A stretch of 63,998 nt of DNA, counting the filler, from an uncultured Methanosarcinales archaeon (GTDB lineage Archaea; Nanobdellota; Nanobdellia; Woesearchaeales; CAYSVS01), in assembly GCA_964434475.1 (NCBI GenBank). It is 5 parts of 5 records of this genome, joined end to end, with 100 filler letters (N's around TTAATTAATTAA, not from the genome) between each part and the next. Parts side by side here need not be neighbours in the genome. Positions count along the whole stretch, not along the records: positions 16,045 to 31,540 come from CAYSVS010000027.1; positions 31,641 to 46,922 come from CAYSVS010000028.1; 3 more parts are not named here. The stretch is one strand, 5' to 3'. A program made the position numbers and the translations under genes. The notes under the pieces are model-generated. The model saw only the letters and a program-made list of their open reading frames with translations. It searched no databases and was not told where the DNA came from. Below are positions 28,264-37,657 of this stretch, piece after piece (position 1 is the stretch's first letter; each line of letters opens with the position of its first letter).

Positions 28264-28372
28264 TATATGGTGTGTGTTTTGGTGATCTTAAAAAGAGTTC
28301 GAGGGCTTTTTGGTTGTGAGGGTGGTTTGAGGGGTTATAAGAACTTGACCAAAAAGCCCCGACTTCTGAACA

Positions 28373-28762
28373 TTAATTACGTACAAATTTCAACCACATT
28401 ATGCCTATCTTAAGCATGAGTTTGTTGAACTTCTCGCTTAGCTTGTACGTTTTTCTGTAAAGGTCATAATCTATCAGACCCATTGATTTCATAGGAGTCA
28501 ATATCCTATCGTAAAACTGTCTTTTGTTATAACTCAATCTTACTTTCTTACCAGCATAAGGAGGCTTTTCTATAGTTGATATAACTATCTCGCCGTCATG
28601 TAATTTTGTGGCAAAAGCTGACATCTCTGTCTTTGAAAACTCTCCTTTGTTCGCCTTTATTGAGTCTATCAACAGTTTACCGACTATCTGCTGCTGTTCT
28701 GTAGCAAATATTATCTGGAATATGTCATCCGGTAAATTGAATTGATCGAATAGTATTACCAT
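28373..28762 (-). CDS. Hypothetical protein, probable winged-helix
   Basis: RQFYDRILTPMKSMGLIDYD..KTYKLS; likely start 28762. Confidence 0.7.
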   Translation of the reverse strand: MVILFDQFNLPDDIFQIIFATEQQQIVGKLLIDSIKANKGEFSKTEMSAFATKLHDGEIVISTIEKPPYAGKKVRLSYNKRQFYDRILTPMKSMGLIDYDLYRKTYKLSEKFNKLMLKIGIMWLKFVRN

Positions 28763-29075
28763 TTTATTTTTGTATCTCAGTATATTAATTAATATAATAA
28801 ACAAACTAATATATAAATGTTACGTTTTTGTATACTGATAAAGAAATGTGCCAAAGAATTAATAATTATAGACAAAATAGATTGGCACACATGTTGCTCT
28901 TTTTGAAATTTTATATCCGTATATTTAATCTTATAAATTTCTCTTATTTTCAGTTTTTATCTCTTAGTTAATAATAGAAAAATCTTACTTAAATCTTTTA
29001 TTTTATAATTTAATAATACCATTGTTATTAATTTTTTAGATAACTTTAATATAATATAGAATATTTACATTCTTC

Positions 29076-29339
29076 ATGAAATCACGCAAAAAACGTCTTA
29101 TGGAAAGAAAAAAACATACAACAGCCATCAACAACAGAAGAGTTGTACATAAATACATAGCTATAGATGAAACTCATAATCTCGCTGTTAGAGTCGGAAG
29201 ATGCAAGAAATGCGGCAAGATCACAGAATGCTCGTGCGATAGCTGCGGAGATTGGTATTGTAAAAATCATCTTGATAAAAACAAGGAATTCTGTGAAAAG
29301 TGCAAGGAAAAGCCGATTAAAAGAAGTTATTTTGGATAA
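29076..29339 (+). CDS. Small zinc-finger protein
   Basis: CKKC, CDSC, CKNH, CEKC. Confidence 0.7.
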   Translation: MKSRKKRLMERKKHTTAINNRRVVHKYIAIDETHNLAVRVGRCKKCGKITECSCDSCGDWYCKNHLDKNKEFCEKCKEKPIKRSYFG

Positions 29340-29404
29340 AAGAAAATTTTAAATATTATTTTTACTTTCTATAATATAACTTAATTAAAAATGAGGTGGT
29401 ATCT

Positions 29405-29545
29405 ATGTATGAAAAGAACGTAGATGTAAACTACATTTTTGGCGAGATAGAATTCTTAGACCCAGAAGAACTTCTTGAAGACGATGAAATAACACCAGCA
29501 GAAGAAGGCTTTTTAAAAGGATATATGAAAGCAGCTCAATCCTAA
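29405..29545 (+). CDS. Acidic micro-protein (PAEEGFLKGY family), absent from the ORF track
   Basis: MYEKNVDVNYIFGEIEFLDPEELLEDDEITPAEEGFLKGYMKAAQS; GAGGTGG SD. Confidence 0.75.
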   Translation: MYEKNVDVNYIFGEIEFLDPEELLEDDEITPAEEGFLKGYMKAAQS

Positions 29546-29562
29546 TGTTTTTTATTTTTTCT

Positions 29563-31416
29563 TCAAAAAAACCGTCTAACCATCTTATCATAATCTCTTG
29601 TTACAATAACACCATAATCTCTTGGAAAACATCTATAGTAATTGCTCCAAGCATATCTTTCATCCAAGAATACAACAACCCCTCTATCTGTCCCTGAACG
29701 AATGCATCTTCCAGCAGATTGTAATGTCTTGTTAAAAGCTGGAAACAAATATCCATAATCCCAGCCTTTACCAAATACATAATCATAATATTTTATCAAT
29801 TCTTTTGTTTCCAAATCAGGCTTCTGTAAAGGCAAACCCACAACAACAACACATTTCAGCAAGTCACCCGGTAAATCTATACCTTCTCCATAACTCCCGC
29901 TACTAACCCCTAACAACACAGCTCCAGAATTCTTATACAGTTTAAACCTATCCAATAATTCAAACTTTTCTGCTTTTGTTATTCCTGGCTCTTCTCTAAA
30001 TATTGTTTTTTTGCTTAGATTAAAAAAATGATCATATGCCTTATCCCTTAAATAATAAGATGGAAAGAATACAGCAGAATTTCCAGGAACAATATTAGTT
30101 ATATCTGCACATACTTCGGCTATATATTTAAACATCGCATCACTTCTTGCAGTATATTTTGTTGTTGTTTTTGGCACTACCAGACTTAACTTATTCTCAG
30201 TAGGAAAAGGACTTTCAAATACCAATTCTTTAGTATTCTCACCAAAACCCAAAACATCCTTATACATGGATGTTGGCGATAATGTCCCTGACATCAATAT
30301 TGTTGAATACGAATTTTTGATTATGCTTCTAGTAACAAGCGAAGGATCCAAGCATCTGTAGCTCAAGGACAATATTGGCCTGCCTTTACCTTCTATACGA
30401 GAAAAAATCCTGGCAAACCCTTTATCGTCTCCCATCCAAGCTTCTAAAAATTTTGCCACAACAAAGATAAAACTTCTTTTCTTTTTTTCAAGTATGTCGT
30501 CAGATATAAAATACAGATCTGCGATCAATTCTTCATAATCCTTAAGCATCTTAATATTATTTACAAGATTATCCTTATCTACCAGCATCTCATCTTTGCC
30601 CTGGAGTCTATTCTCATATCCTTTGATAATATCATATATCGCCTTTAGATTCCTCTCAGTCTCTTCATAGCCAAATTTCTTTGCTTCTTTTATCGCTCTT
30701 TCAAGCAAAAAATCGCTTATCTTAGAACTCATAAGTTCTCTAACCCTATTCGGCATATTATGACCTTCATCGATTATCAGTATACAGCTTCCTAATTCCT
30801 TATCTATCCTGTTAAAAAAATGATTTCTTATCCTCTCATTAAAAATATGAAAATAATCGCCTATTATTACATCTGCTTCTTTAGCTAAAGATATGCTCAT
30901 CTCATACGGACAGAGCTTTTCAAAAGCAGATGTTTCCAGCACCTTATCACTTGTTGATATGCCCTTTATCTGTTCAAAAACATATTTTGCTTTAGGCTTT
31001 AGCTTTATTCCTGATCTAGTATTGGAATAAAACTCACACTTTTGACCTTCTCTTTGTGTCTTGCAGAATTCATTGAATTCATGACTTCCTAACAATTCTA
31101 CCCCTGGTACTGCACACAACCATTTTTTTCCGACAATATCTACTGCATTAAAATCCATATCAAACTTATCCTTGACCATCTGCAAAGTTTTTATAGCTAT
31201 CTTATGCTGTGTATGCCTTGAAGTAAGAAAAAATACTGTCAGTTTATTATCGATTGCATACTTCAAAGCAACCGGCAATGTTGCAGCAGTCTTGCCCAAT
31301 CCAGTAGGAGCATGCACGACCATATTGCTTTTTGACTCTACAGCTTTCTTTACCTCATCTATGAGATCCTTCTGGATATTTCTTATCTCATCATGAGGAA
31401 ACAAGATATCTTTCAT
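29563..31416 (-). CDS. XPD/Rad3-like Fe-S DNA helicase
   Basis: APTGLGKT, four spaced Cys, IIDEGHN, MSGTL, EGID, QSAGRCIR. Confidence 0.92.
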   Translation of the reverse strand: MKDILFPHDEIRNIQKDLIDEVKKAVESKSNMVVHAPTGLGKTAATLPVALKYAIDNKLTVFFLTSRHTQHKIAIKTLQMVKDKFDMDFNAVDIVGKKWLCAVPGVELLGSHEFNEFCKTQREGQKCEFYSNTRSGIKLKPKAKYVFEQIKGISTSDKVLETSAFEKLCPYEMSISLAKEADVIIGDYFHIFNERIRNHFFNRIDKELGSCILIIDEGHNMPNRVRELMSSKISDFLLERAIKEAKKFGYEETERNLKAIYDIIKGYENRLQGKDEMLVDKDNLVNNIKMLKDYEELIADLYFISDDILEKKKRSFIFVVAKFLEAWMGDDKGFARIFSRIEGKGRPILSLSYRCLDPSLVTRSIIKNSYSTILMSGTLSPTSMYKDVLGFGENTKELVFESPFPTENKLSLVVPKTTTKYTARSDAMFKYIAEVCADITNIVPGNSAVFFPSYYLRDKAYDHFFNLSKKTIFREEPGITKAEKFELLDRFKLYKNSGAVLLGVSSGSYGEGIDLPGDLLKCVVVVGLPLQKPDLETKELIKYYDYVFGKGWDYGYLFPAFNKTLQSAGRCIRSGTDRGVVVFLDERYAWSNYYRCFPRDYGVIVTRDYDKMVRRFF

Positions 31417-31459
31417 AAAAAAACAGAAATCTCAACTAACTTTTAAGTATTGTGTATAT

Positions 31460-31480
31460 CTGTCCAGTGTGTCCAGTGCT
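31460..31480. promoter_or_regulatory. Tandem TGTCCAGTG direct-repeat motif, copy 2
   Basis: Identical to 20125-20145; lies just upstream of the XPD TATA-like box. Confidence 0.55.
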
Positions 31481-31540
31481 CGAAAAGTATGTGCATAGCT
31501 AATAATTCTTGAAATCATCGCATCTATATTCTCCAGTACA

Positions 31541-31640
31541 NNNNNNNNNNNNNNNNNNNNNNNNNNNNNNNNNNNNNNNNNNNNTTAATTAATTAANNNN
31601 NNNNNNNNNNNNNNNNNNNNNNNNNNNNNNNNNNNNNNNN
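31541..31640. other. Artificial contig linker
   Basis: N44-TTAATTAATTAA-N44. Confidence 0.98.
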
Positions 31641-31694
31641 AAAATATTGCAAAATTAATAAATATAGAAATTGCAAGAATTTTCAAATCGTACA
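31641..31694. repeat. Contig-terminal repeat
   Basis: Reverse complement of 15891-15944. Confidence 0.75.
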
Positions 31695-31745
31695 GAACAT
31701 ACTAAAACCAAAATGTTTATATTTCTGAAATCGTTTAATCACCAT

Positions 31746-32720
31746 ATGATAAATATTGAACTTGCAGAAATATTTCATAAGATGGGAGAAATATTAGAAA
31801 TCCTTGATATAAAATGGAAACCTGAAGCATATTACAAAGCTGCTCAGATTATAGACGCATATCCTGAAGACATAATAAAGGTATTTGAAAAAACAGGATT
31901 AGAAGGCATCGAAGAAATTTATGGAATAGGAGAAGGTATAGGCAAAAAGATAGTAGAATACATAAAAACAGGAAAAATAAAAGAATATGAAAAGCTAAAG
32001 AAAGATATATCCAAAGGATTGCTGAAATTATTACAGATTCCAGGAATGGGACCTAAGAAAGTAAAGAAACTGCATAAAGAATTAGGCATCGAAACTATAA
32101 AAGATCTAAAAAAAGCTGTCAAAGAACAGAAGATAAGAGCTTTAGACGGATTCGGAGAAAAATCTGAACAGTTGATAGGCGAAAGTATAGAACTTAAGAA
32201 AAAGCAAAGGGTAGCATATAAATTAGCGAAAAATATTTCTGATAAGATTATCAAAAGGATGATAAAAGAGAAAGTTGTTGTAAAGGTAGAAGTTGCAGGC
32301 TCTTTAAGAAGAAAAAAAGATACCATAGGAGATATTGACATATTATGCACTTCAGATAATCCAGAAAAGACAATGGAATTTTTTACAACGCAAAAAGAAG
32401 TTAAAAGAGTATTAGCAAAAGGAAACACTAAAAGTTCTATAATATTTGAGAATATCCAGGTTGACTTAAGGATTGTAAAAAATGATGAATGGGGTGCTGC
32501 ATTAAATTATTTTACTGGTTCAAAACAGCACAATATTTTTCTAAGACAGATAGCAATATCTAAAGGATTAAAATTAAGTGAGTATGGAGTTTTTGACAGG
32601 AAAACAAACAAAAAGGTTGCAGGAAAAACAGAAGAAGAAGTGTATAAAAAACTAGGTTTGCCTTATATACCTCCAAAGAAAAGAGAGACTAATGAATATA
32701 CTAGGAAAGTTATGGGTTAA
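31746..32720 (+). CDS. polX: Family X DNA polymerase without PHP domain
   Basis: HhH GIGEGI and IPGMGPK, AGSLRR...GDIDIL, QVDLR, YFTGS, LSEYG; likely start 31746. Confidence 0.92.
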   Translation: MINIELAEIFHKMGEILEILDIKWKPEAYYKAAQIIDAYPEDIIKVFEKTGLEGIEEIYGIGEGIGKKIVEYIKTGKIKEYEKLKKDISKGLLKLLQIPGMGPKKVKKLHKELGIETIKDLKKAVKEQKIRALDGFGEKSEQLIGESIELKKKQRVAYKLAKNISDKIIKRMIKEKVVVKVEVAGSLRRKKDTIGDIDILCTSDNPEKTMEFFTTQKEVKRVLAKGNTKSSIIFENIQVDLRIVKNDEWGAALNYFTGSKQHNIFLRQIAISKGLKLSEYGVFDRKTNKKVAGKTEEEVYKKLGLPYIPPKKRETNEYTRKVMG

Positions 32721-33283
32721 AAACCTTTCTTCTTTATATGACGTATCAAACCTTTCGGCATAACTACTTTATCTTTTTCTTTCACATATCTATAAGGCAA
32801 TATGACCTCTTCTCCTTTACCTGTCGGAATTACTAGATCATCCTGCCAGTTGAAATCCTTTAAATTTTTGCCTTTTGAAATTCCACAGACAACATAGACA
32901 GCTGTATTTGTTGACATCTGTTTTTTGCCTAGGTTTCTGGTTTTTGCATAAGGTAATCTGTCGCTCAACTCATCTTTAGTCCTTTGTCGCATAGGATAGT
33001 CTCCAAGTATGCCTCCAAAGATTACATAATCGAACTTTTTTGTGTCTTTGGTTGTAATTGTCTGCTTTGCAACAGGATCTAAAATACATATATTTTTTAG
33101 ATTTAACTGTGTAACAGATTCTTTATGGACTTTGCCTAACTTAGATAAAAGTTTCCTTCCAGCCTCTCCTTTTACGTTAGTAAATATAAGATTGCTTTTT
33201 CCGACTGTATCCGAGATATGCTTGTATTCAAGATAGCACCATTTATACACGCGTCCGTCTAAATGTTCAATTATATATTTCAT
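32717..33283 (-). CDS. SPOUT methyltransferase, Sfm1/DUF431-like
   Basis: YIIEHL, LEYKHI, ILDP, FGGILGD.P, RNLG..QMST, LPYRY. Confidence 0.85.
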   Translation of the reverse strand: MKYIIEHLDGRVYKWCYLEYKHISDTVGKSNLIFTNVKGEAGRKLLSKLGKVHKESVTQLNLKNICILDPVAKQTITTKDTKKFDYVIFGGILGDYPMRQRTKDELSDRLPYAKTRNLGKKQMSTNTAVYVVCGISKGKNLKDFNWQDDLVIPTGKGEEVILPYRYVKEKDKVVMPKGLIRHIKKKGF

Positions 33284-33384
33284 AGAAATAACCAGTATCA
33301 TATCATTTATATACCTTTCCCACCAAAAACTATTTAAATAGAAAATACATTATACGATGTATATTTCAAAAAAGAGGTAAAAGT

Positions 33385-33864
33385 ATGGCAAAAGCCAAAA
33401 GATCAACTAAAAAGAGTAAAAAAAAACCTGTAAAGAATATATCAATAAAAAGGAATTCTAAAACCAAAAAAACAAAGAGAAATTATAAACGAAAAGTAAA
33501 GGTTCCTGTAAATAAACATCATCACCCATTATTAATTTTTTTTGTTGTAGTATTATTATTATTTACTATTTCATTCCAATATGGAAAGATTCAAAAGAAC
33601 CTAAACTATAAGCAAGTTGCAGCTGAGATGATAGAGAGCAATAATACAGACTTGGCCTTAAACTATTGCAGAAACATGAATTATAGGAATTATGAATGCT
33701 TTGATATGTATATAGAAGCAAAAGAATTGTTGAATGAAAAATTTGACAAATCAATATGTATGGACATAAATGTTGGTAACTTACCATGGTGGACAACACA
33801 AGAACAAGAAAGACAATATTTCCTTAAATTTAGAGAAGTAAAGAACGAATGCTTAAATTATTAA
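33385..33864 (+). CDS. Single-pass membrane protein with basic N-terminus
   Basis: K/R-rich start, hydrophobic LLIFFVVVLLLFTI, Cys-containing C-terminal domain. Confidence 0.75.
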   Translation: MAKAKRSTKKSKKKPVKNISIKRNSKTKKTKRNYKRKVKVPVNKHHHPLLIFFVVVLLLFTISFQYGKIQKNLNYKQVAAEMIESNNTDLALNYCRNMNYRNYECFDMYIEAKELLNEKFDKSICMDINVGNLPWWTTQEQERQYFLKFREVKNECLNY

Positions 33865-33868
33865 GTTT

Positions 33869-35179
33869 CTATTCTTTTTTTATTATCCCATATCCTATCA
33901 ATCTAAACCTGTTTCCTAATCTTCTGGATATTGTGACTCTCGAATCAGGATAAGCACAAACAGGCCTTTTTAATTTACATATTATCTTGTCTTTGCTTAA
34001 CTCAGTAACAACACCAACTGTTGCAGCTGAATTAACATTAAGCATAAGTATCTCTGTCATCTTTATAGGCTCAACAACTAAATCCTCTTTAGCACCTACT
34101 ACTCTTTCCAGAAGATGTGTTTCTAATGTAAGTTCATACAATACAGGTGGCAGTTTATCTTTGTGACCAACTATCCCTCCAGCTAACCTATCACTTTTAA
34201 CTATACTAGGATCAAGACTTGTCATAATGCCTACGCTTCCACCAGGTTGAGCTTCCTTAACCTGCTGGCTTCCTGTATTAATTGAAAGTATCTTTGTAAA
34301 CAAAGGTTTGTACACTTTCTTGTTCTGCTCTTCAACTTCATAGCCTGGCCTAATCTCAATCTCATCTCCCTGCTTAAGCACTCCCTGAACAATAGCTCCT
34401 CCAAGTATTCCTCCCATCATATTGTAGGGAGTAGAACCTGGCTTGTTTATATCAAAGCTTCTTGCTATAAGCATCATAGGATCCTTTTTAGAATCGCGCT
34501 CAGGTGTTGGAACATTTTTTTCTATAACTTCAATAAGATAATTTATATTAATATTATGTTGAGCAGAAATAGGAACAATAGGTGCATCCTCATAAGCTGT
34601 ACCTTTTACAAACTCTTTTATCTGCTCATAATTTTTCATGGCCTGTTCTTCTGAAACAAGATCTATCTTGTTTTGTACTATAATCACATTTTTTATTCCT
34701 GCTATCTCAAGAGCCATAAGATGTTCTCTTGTCTGCGGTTGAGGACAAGTCTCAGTAGCAGATACTAACAACAGAGCACCATCCATTATAGTAGCTCCTG
34801 AAAGCATTGTTGCCATCAAGCTTTCGTGTCCTGGAGCATCGACTATACTTATTTTCCTCAGTAATTTGCAATCAGAACCGCACTCAGGACATTTTTCTGT
34901 AGAACAATATGATTCTGAACCTTTGCATTTTGTGCATTTGTAAAAAGTAGTGTCAGCATATCCTAATCTTATCGTTATTCCTCTTTTAAGTTCTTCAGAA
35001 TGTGTATCTGTCCATTTTCCAGAAAACCTCTCTGTCAGTGTTGTCTTGCCATGATCAACATGCCCAACCATACCTATATTTACCTCTGGCTGTACAGCAT
35101 TCTTTACAGTTTTCTTTCTAGTTACTTTATTATTAACAGTTTTTGTTTTCTTTTCAGTTTTTGTTTTTTTCTTTACCAT
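33869..35179 (-). CDS. eif2g: Translation initiation factor aIF2 gamma
   Basis: GHVDHGKT, RGITIRLGYA, zinc knuckle, DAPGHE, QNKID, RLIGYG. Confidence 0.97.
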   Translation of the reverse strand: MVKKKTKTEKKTKTVNNKVTRKKTVKNAVQPEVNIGMVGHVDHGKTTLTERFSGKWTDTHSEELKRGITIRLGYADTTFYKCTKCKGSESYCSTEKCPECGSDCKLLRKISIVDAPGHESLMATMLSGATIMDGALLLVSATETCPQPQTREHLMALEIAGIKNVIIVQNKIDLVSEEQAMKNYEQIKEFVKGTAYEDAPIVPISAQHNININYLIEVIEKNVPTPERDSKKDPMMLIARSFDINKPGSTPYNMMGGILGGAIVQGVLKQGDEIEIRPGYEVEEQNKKVYKPLFTKILSINTGSQQVKEAQPGGSVGIMTSLDPSIVKSDRLAGGIVGHKDKLPPVLYELTLETHLLERVVGAKEDLVVEPIKMTEILMLNVNSAATVGVVTELSKDKIICKLKRPVCAYPDSRVTISRRLGNRFRLIGYGIIKKE

Positions 35180-35185
35180 GTTCTT

Positions 35186-35356
35186 TTACCATAAAAAAAA
35201 GCTTATCAGTATTAAAAAAATACCTGCAAAAATTGATGAATAAGCGATCTTTTCATCTTTAGGCAATGCATTAAACCATTCAGGCAAATGCTTTGCTTTA
35301 TCAGGAAAACTTTTAAAATAATTCTTAACCTTATCAAGATAAACCTTAAAATCCAT
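35186..35356 (-). CDS. 56-aa tail-anchored membrane micro-protein, absent from the ORF track
   Basis: MDFKVYLDKVK...KIAYSSIFAGIFLILISFFLW; ATG directly follows the rps6e stop. Confidence 0.7.
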   Translation of the reverse strand: MDFKVYLDKVKNYFKSFPDKAKHLPEWFNALPKDEKIAYSSIFAGIFLILISFFLW

Positions 35357-35776
35357 CTATTTCTCCTCTTTAGGCTCTTCTTTAGCTTTAGGCTCTTCTT
35401 TAGCTTTAGGCTCTTCAAACAAAGATTGAGCACCTGCCTTGATAACTTTAAGATTTACCTGTTTAGTAGATTCATTTATCTTCTCTCCGCAAACCATTTT
35501 TCTTCTTTTAAGGCCTTTTTGGAAGTTTTTGAATCCAACTCCTCCTTTTGTAAGAATCCTTTTCCTAGGTAAATTTATACCTTTACGCATAGGAAATCCG
35601 CATCTATCGCTTCCTCCTCTAATCTCAAAGTTATAACCAGTCATATCTATAAGTTCGCCTTTTACTTCATCTCCTATCTTAAGTCCTAAAAAAGGCTGAG
35701 CTTGATCATCCTTAAGCTCTATCTGTTTGGACTTTCCAGACTTAGGATCTCCAATAACAATCTTAAATTCCGCCAT
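35357..35776 (-). CDS. rps6e: 30S ribosomal protein S6e
   Basis: FKIVIGDPKSG, IRGGSDRCGFPMR, QVNLKV; GGAGG SD supports start 35776. Confidence 0.95.
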   Translation of the reverse strand: MAEFKIVIGDPKSGKSKQIELKDDQAQPFLGLKIGDEVKGELIDMTGYNFEIRGGSDRCGFPMRKGINLPRKRILTKGGVGFKNFQKGLKRRKMVCGEKINESTKQVNLKVIKAGAQSLFEEPKAKEEPKAKEEPKEEK

Positions 35777-35997
35777 TTTTAATTTTTCCTCCATTAAAGT
35801 CTCGAGAAAACGTGGTGGCTTCCCGAGAACATAGTTTATATGCCTCAGCAGATGGATGAAATTTGAGTTTATTTATAAATGTTTGGATGATTATTTATTT
35901 TCAATATTGAAAAATAAATATTTTTGTCTTTTTGTCCCTCTTAAGTGATTAAGAAACCAAAAGATTTAAATAGTTCAAGCATTTTATCTACTTTACA

Positions 35998-36909
35998 ATG
36001 GTAAGAGAAAAACAAAAATGCCCGGAATGTGGAGAATCAAAATTTTTTATCAATAAAGAACAAGGAGAAGTGATCTGCAAAAGCTGCGGCTTCGTAGTAG
36101 AAGAAAGCATGGTGAATTTTGGCAGGGAAAGGTTTGCTGACAGCGAGAATATGGAGAAATTATCAAGAACAGGAGCTCCATGGGATCCAAGAGTTTCAAA
36201 CAATCTTTCTACAAGCGTAGGTAATCGCCAGGATTTGAGCAGATTAAGTTCAAAACAACAGATATTATTTAGAAGAATCAGAAAAAAGAACAACTGGACA
36301 AGTTCTAGCTTAGAAAGCAATTTCAATAAGAATCTTGCTAATCTTAGATTGCTTGGCAATAGTCTAAACATACCTGAAAGAGTAGAAAAAGAAGCTGCTC
36401 AATTATACAGGCAATTTGCACAACATGGCTTTACAAGAGCTAGAAGCTGCGAGTATATTGTTGTTGCTAGTATATATGCAGCCTGCAAGATGCATGCTTT
36501 ACCAAAATCATTAAAAGAAATAAGCGAAGTTTCTGGAATCGATAAAAAAATTATAGCTAAGAACTACAAATATCTTGTCAAGAAATTGAACATTAAAATG
36601 ACTTTAAGCAATCCTATAGATTTCTTAGGAAAGTTTAACAGTGAACTAGGCCTAAGTCCTAAAGTACAGTCTAAAGCTGTTGAAATTATAGAAAAAGCTG
36701 ACAAGATAGGATTAACTAATGGAAAAAGCCCATTAAGTACAGCTGCTTCGGCAATATATATTGCTGCTTTGATACTTAACGAGAAAGTTACGCAAAAGAA
36801 TGTTTCTGACACAGCAAAGGTTACAGAAGTAACATTAAGAAACAGATGTAAGGAACTGATCAATGGTTTGAAGATAAAGTCAAAGCTTAAGAAAAAAATC
36901 AAGTGTTGA
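35998..36909 (+). CDS. tfb: Transcription initiation factor TFB
   Basis: CPECG...GEVICKSCG, SRTGAP, two cyclin repeats, VTEVTLRNR. Confidence 0.93.
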   Translation: MVREKQKCPECGESKFFINKEQGEVICKSCGFVVEESMVNFGRERFADSENMEKLSRTGAPWDPRVSNNLSTSVGNRQDLSRLSSKQQILFRRIRKKNNWTSSSLESNFNKNLANLRLLGNSLNIPERVEKEAAQLYRQFAQHGFTRARSCEYIVVASIYAACKMHALPKSLKEISEVSGIDKKIIAKNYKYLVKKLNIKMTLSNPIDFLGKFNSELGLSPKVQSKAVEIIEKADKIGLTNGKSPLSTAASAIYIAALILNEKVTQKNVSDTAKVTEVTLRNRCKELINGLKIKSKLKKKIKC

Positions 36910-36938
36910 TTATTTTATTTAAAATTTTGTGATCAAAA

Positions 36939-37208
36939 ATGTTAAAAATCGTAGTCGAAGAAATAATAAAAATATTAGAGTCTGAAAAAAGACCATCCAC
37001 TTCAAAAATAAATAATATTCTTAGAAGAGAGTATGGAAAAGGCGGAAAAATATATAATGCGCTTTTTGAAAAAAACATAATTAATGACGAAGGAAAACTT
37101 AATCCTAAATCTACTGACAAAAACTATTTCTGGCAGGAGATAAAAAGTTTCTGTGACAACAAATATAACATATCGTATGTAATATATAGCAAAGAAAACA
37201 TAGATTAA
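36939..37208 (+). CDS. Hypothetical protein
   Basis: 89-aa ORF downstream of tfb. Confidence 0.55.
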   Translation: MLKIVVEEIIKILESEKRPSTSKINNILRREYGKGGKIYNALFEKNIINDEGKLNPKSTDKNYFWQEIKSFCDNKYNISYVIYSKENID

Positions 37209-37246
37209 AAAGAATTATTTTGGCGAGTAATCATCAAGTTTAAATC

Positions 37247-37573
37247 TCAAAACAATCTCGGCCTGCAGTCGTTTGTCTCCAACACATCTTTCTGAGAAAA
37301 AGGATATAGTCTGCAGACATCTGGCCTAACACGATATATGATACATTTCTTGTTATTCTTGTCAAAAAATATGCAATATCCATCATCATTTTTCTTTATA
37401 GCGACATAGCCGTTTTCTGGATGTATAGGATCCAAGGTTAAAAAATCGCTAAATCCTGCTGCTTTTATCAAATTAATCTCTTCTTTTGTAATCAAAACGA
37501 CAGGCTTGCAGCACTCCCCGCATCTTTTGCAGACAAAATTTTTTTTGGTTAGCATATCTTGATTAATTATCAA
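37247..37573 (-). CDS. YkgJ-family cysteine-cluster protein
   Basis: CKRCGECC, CIFF, CIIY..RP.VCRLYPF. Confidence 0.88.
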   Translation of the reverse strand: MIINQDMLTKKNFVCKRCGECCKPVVLITKEEINLIKAAGFSDFLTLDPIHPENGYVAIKKNDDGYCIFFDKNNKKCIIYRVRPDVCRLYPFSQKDVLETNDCRPRLF

Positions 37574-37657
37574 ATATTATTTAAAGTCTGCCAAAAACTT
37601 TATAAACAATCCGCGAACCTCAACCTTATACCATAATTATAATGCGGGGTGGATATT

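Noticed and set aside
35360..35420. 18-nt tandem repeat
   Set aside because: Encodes the EEPKAK low-complexity tail of S6e
37608..37657. Possible RNA thermometer covering the thermosome SD (ATCCGC/GTGGAT)
   Set aside because: The 5' arm lies right after the TATA-like box, so it is probably upstream of the TSS
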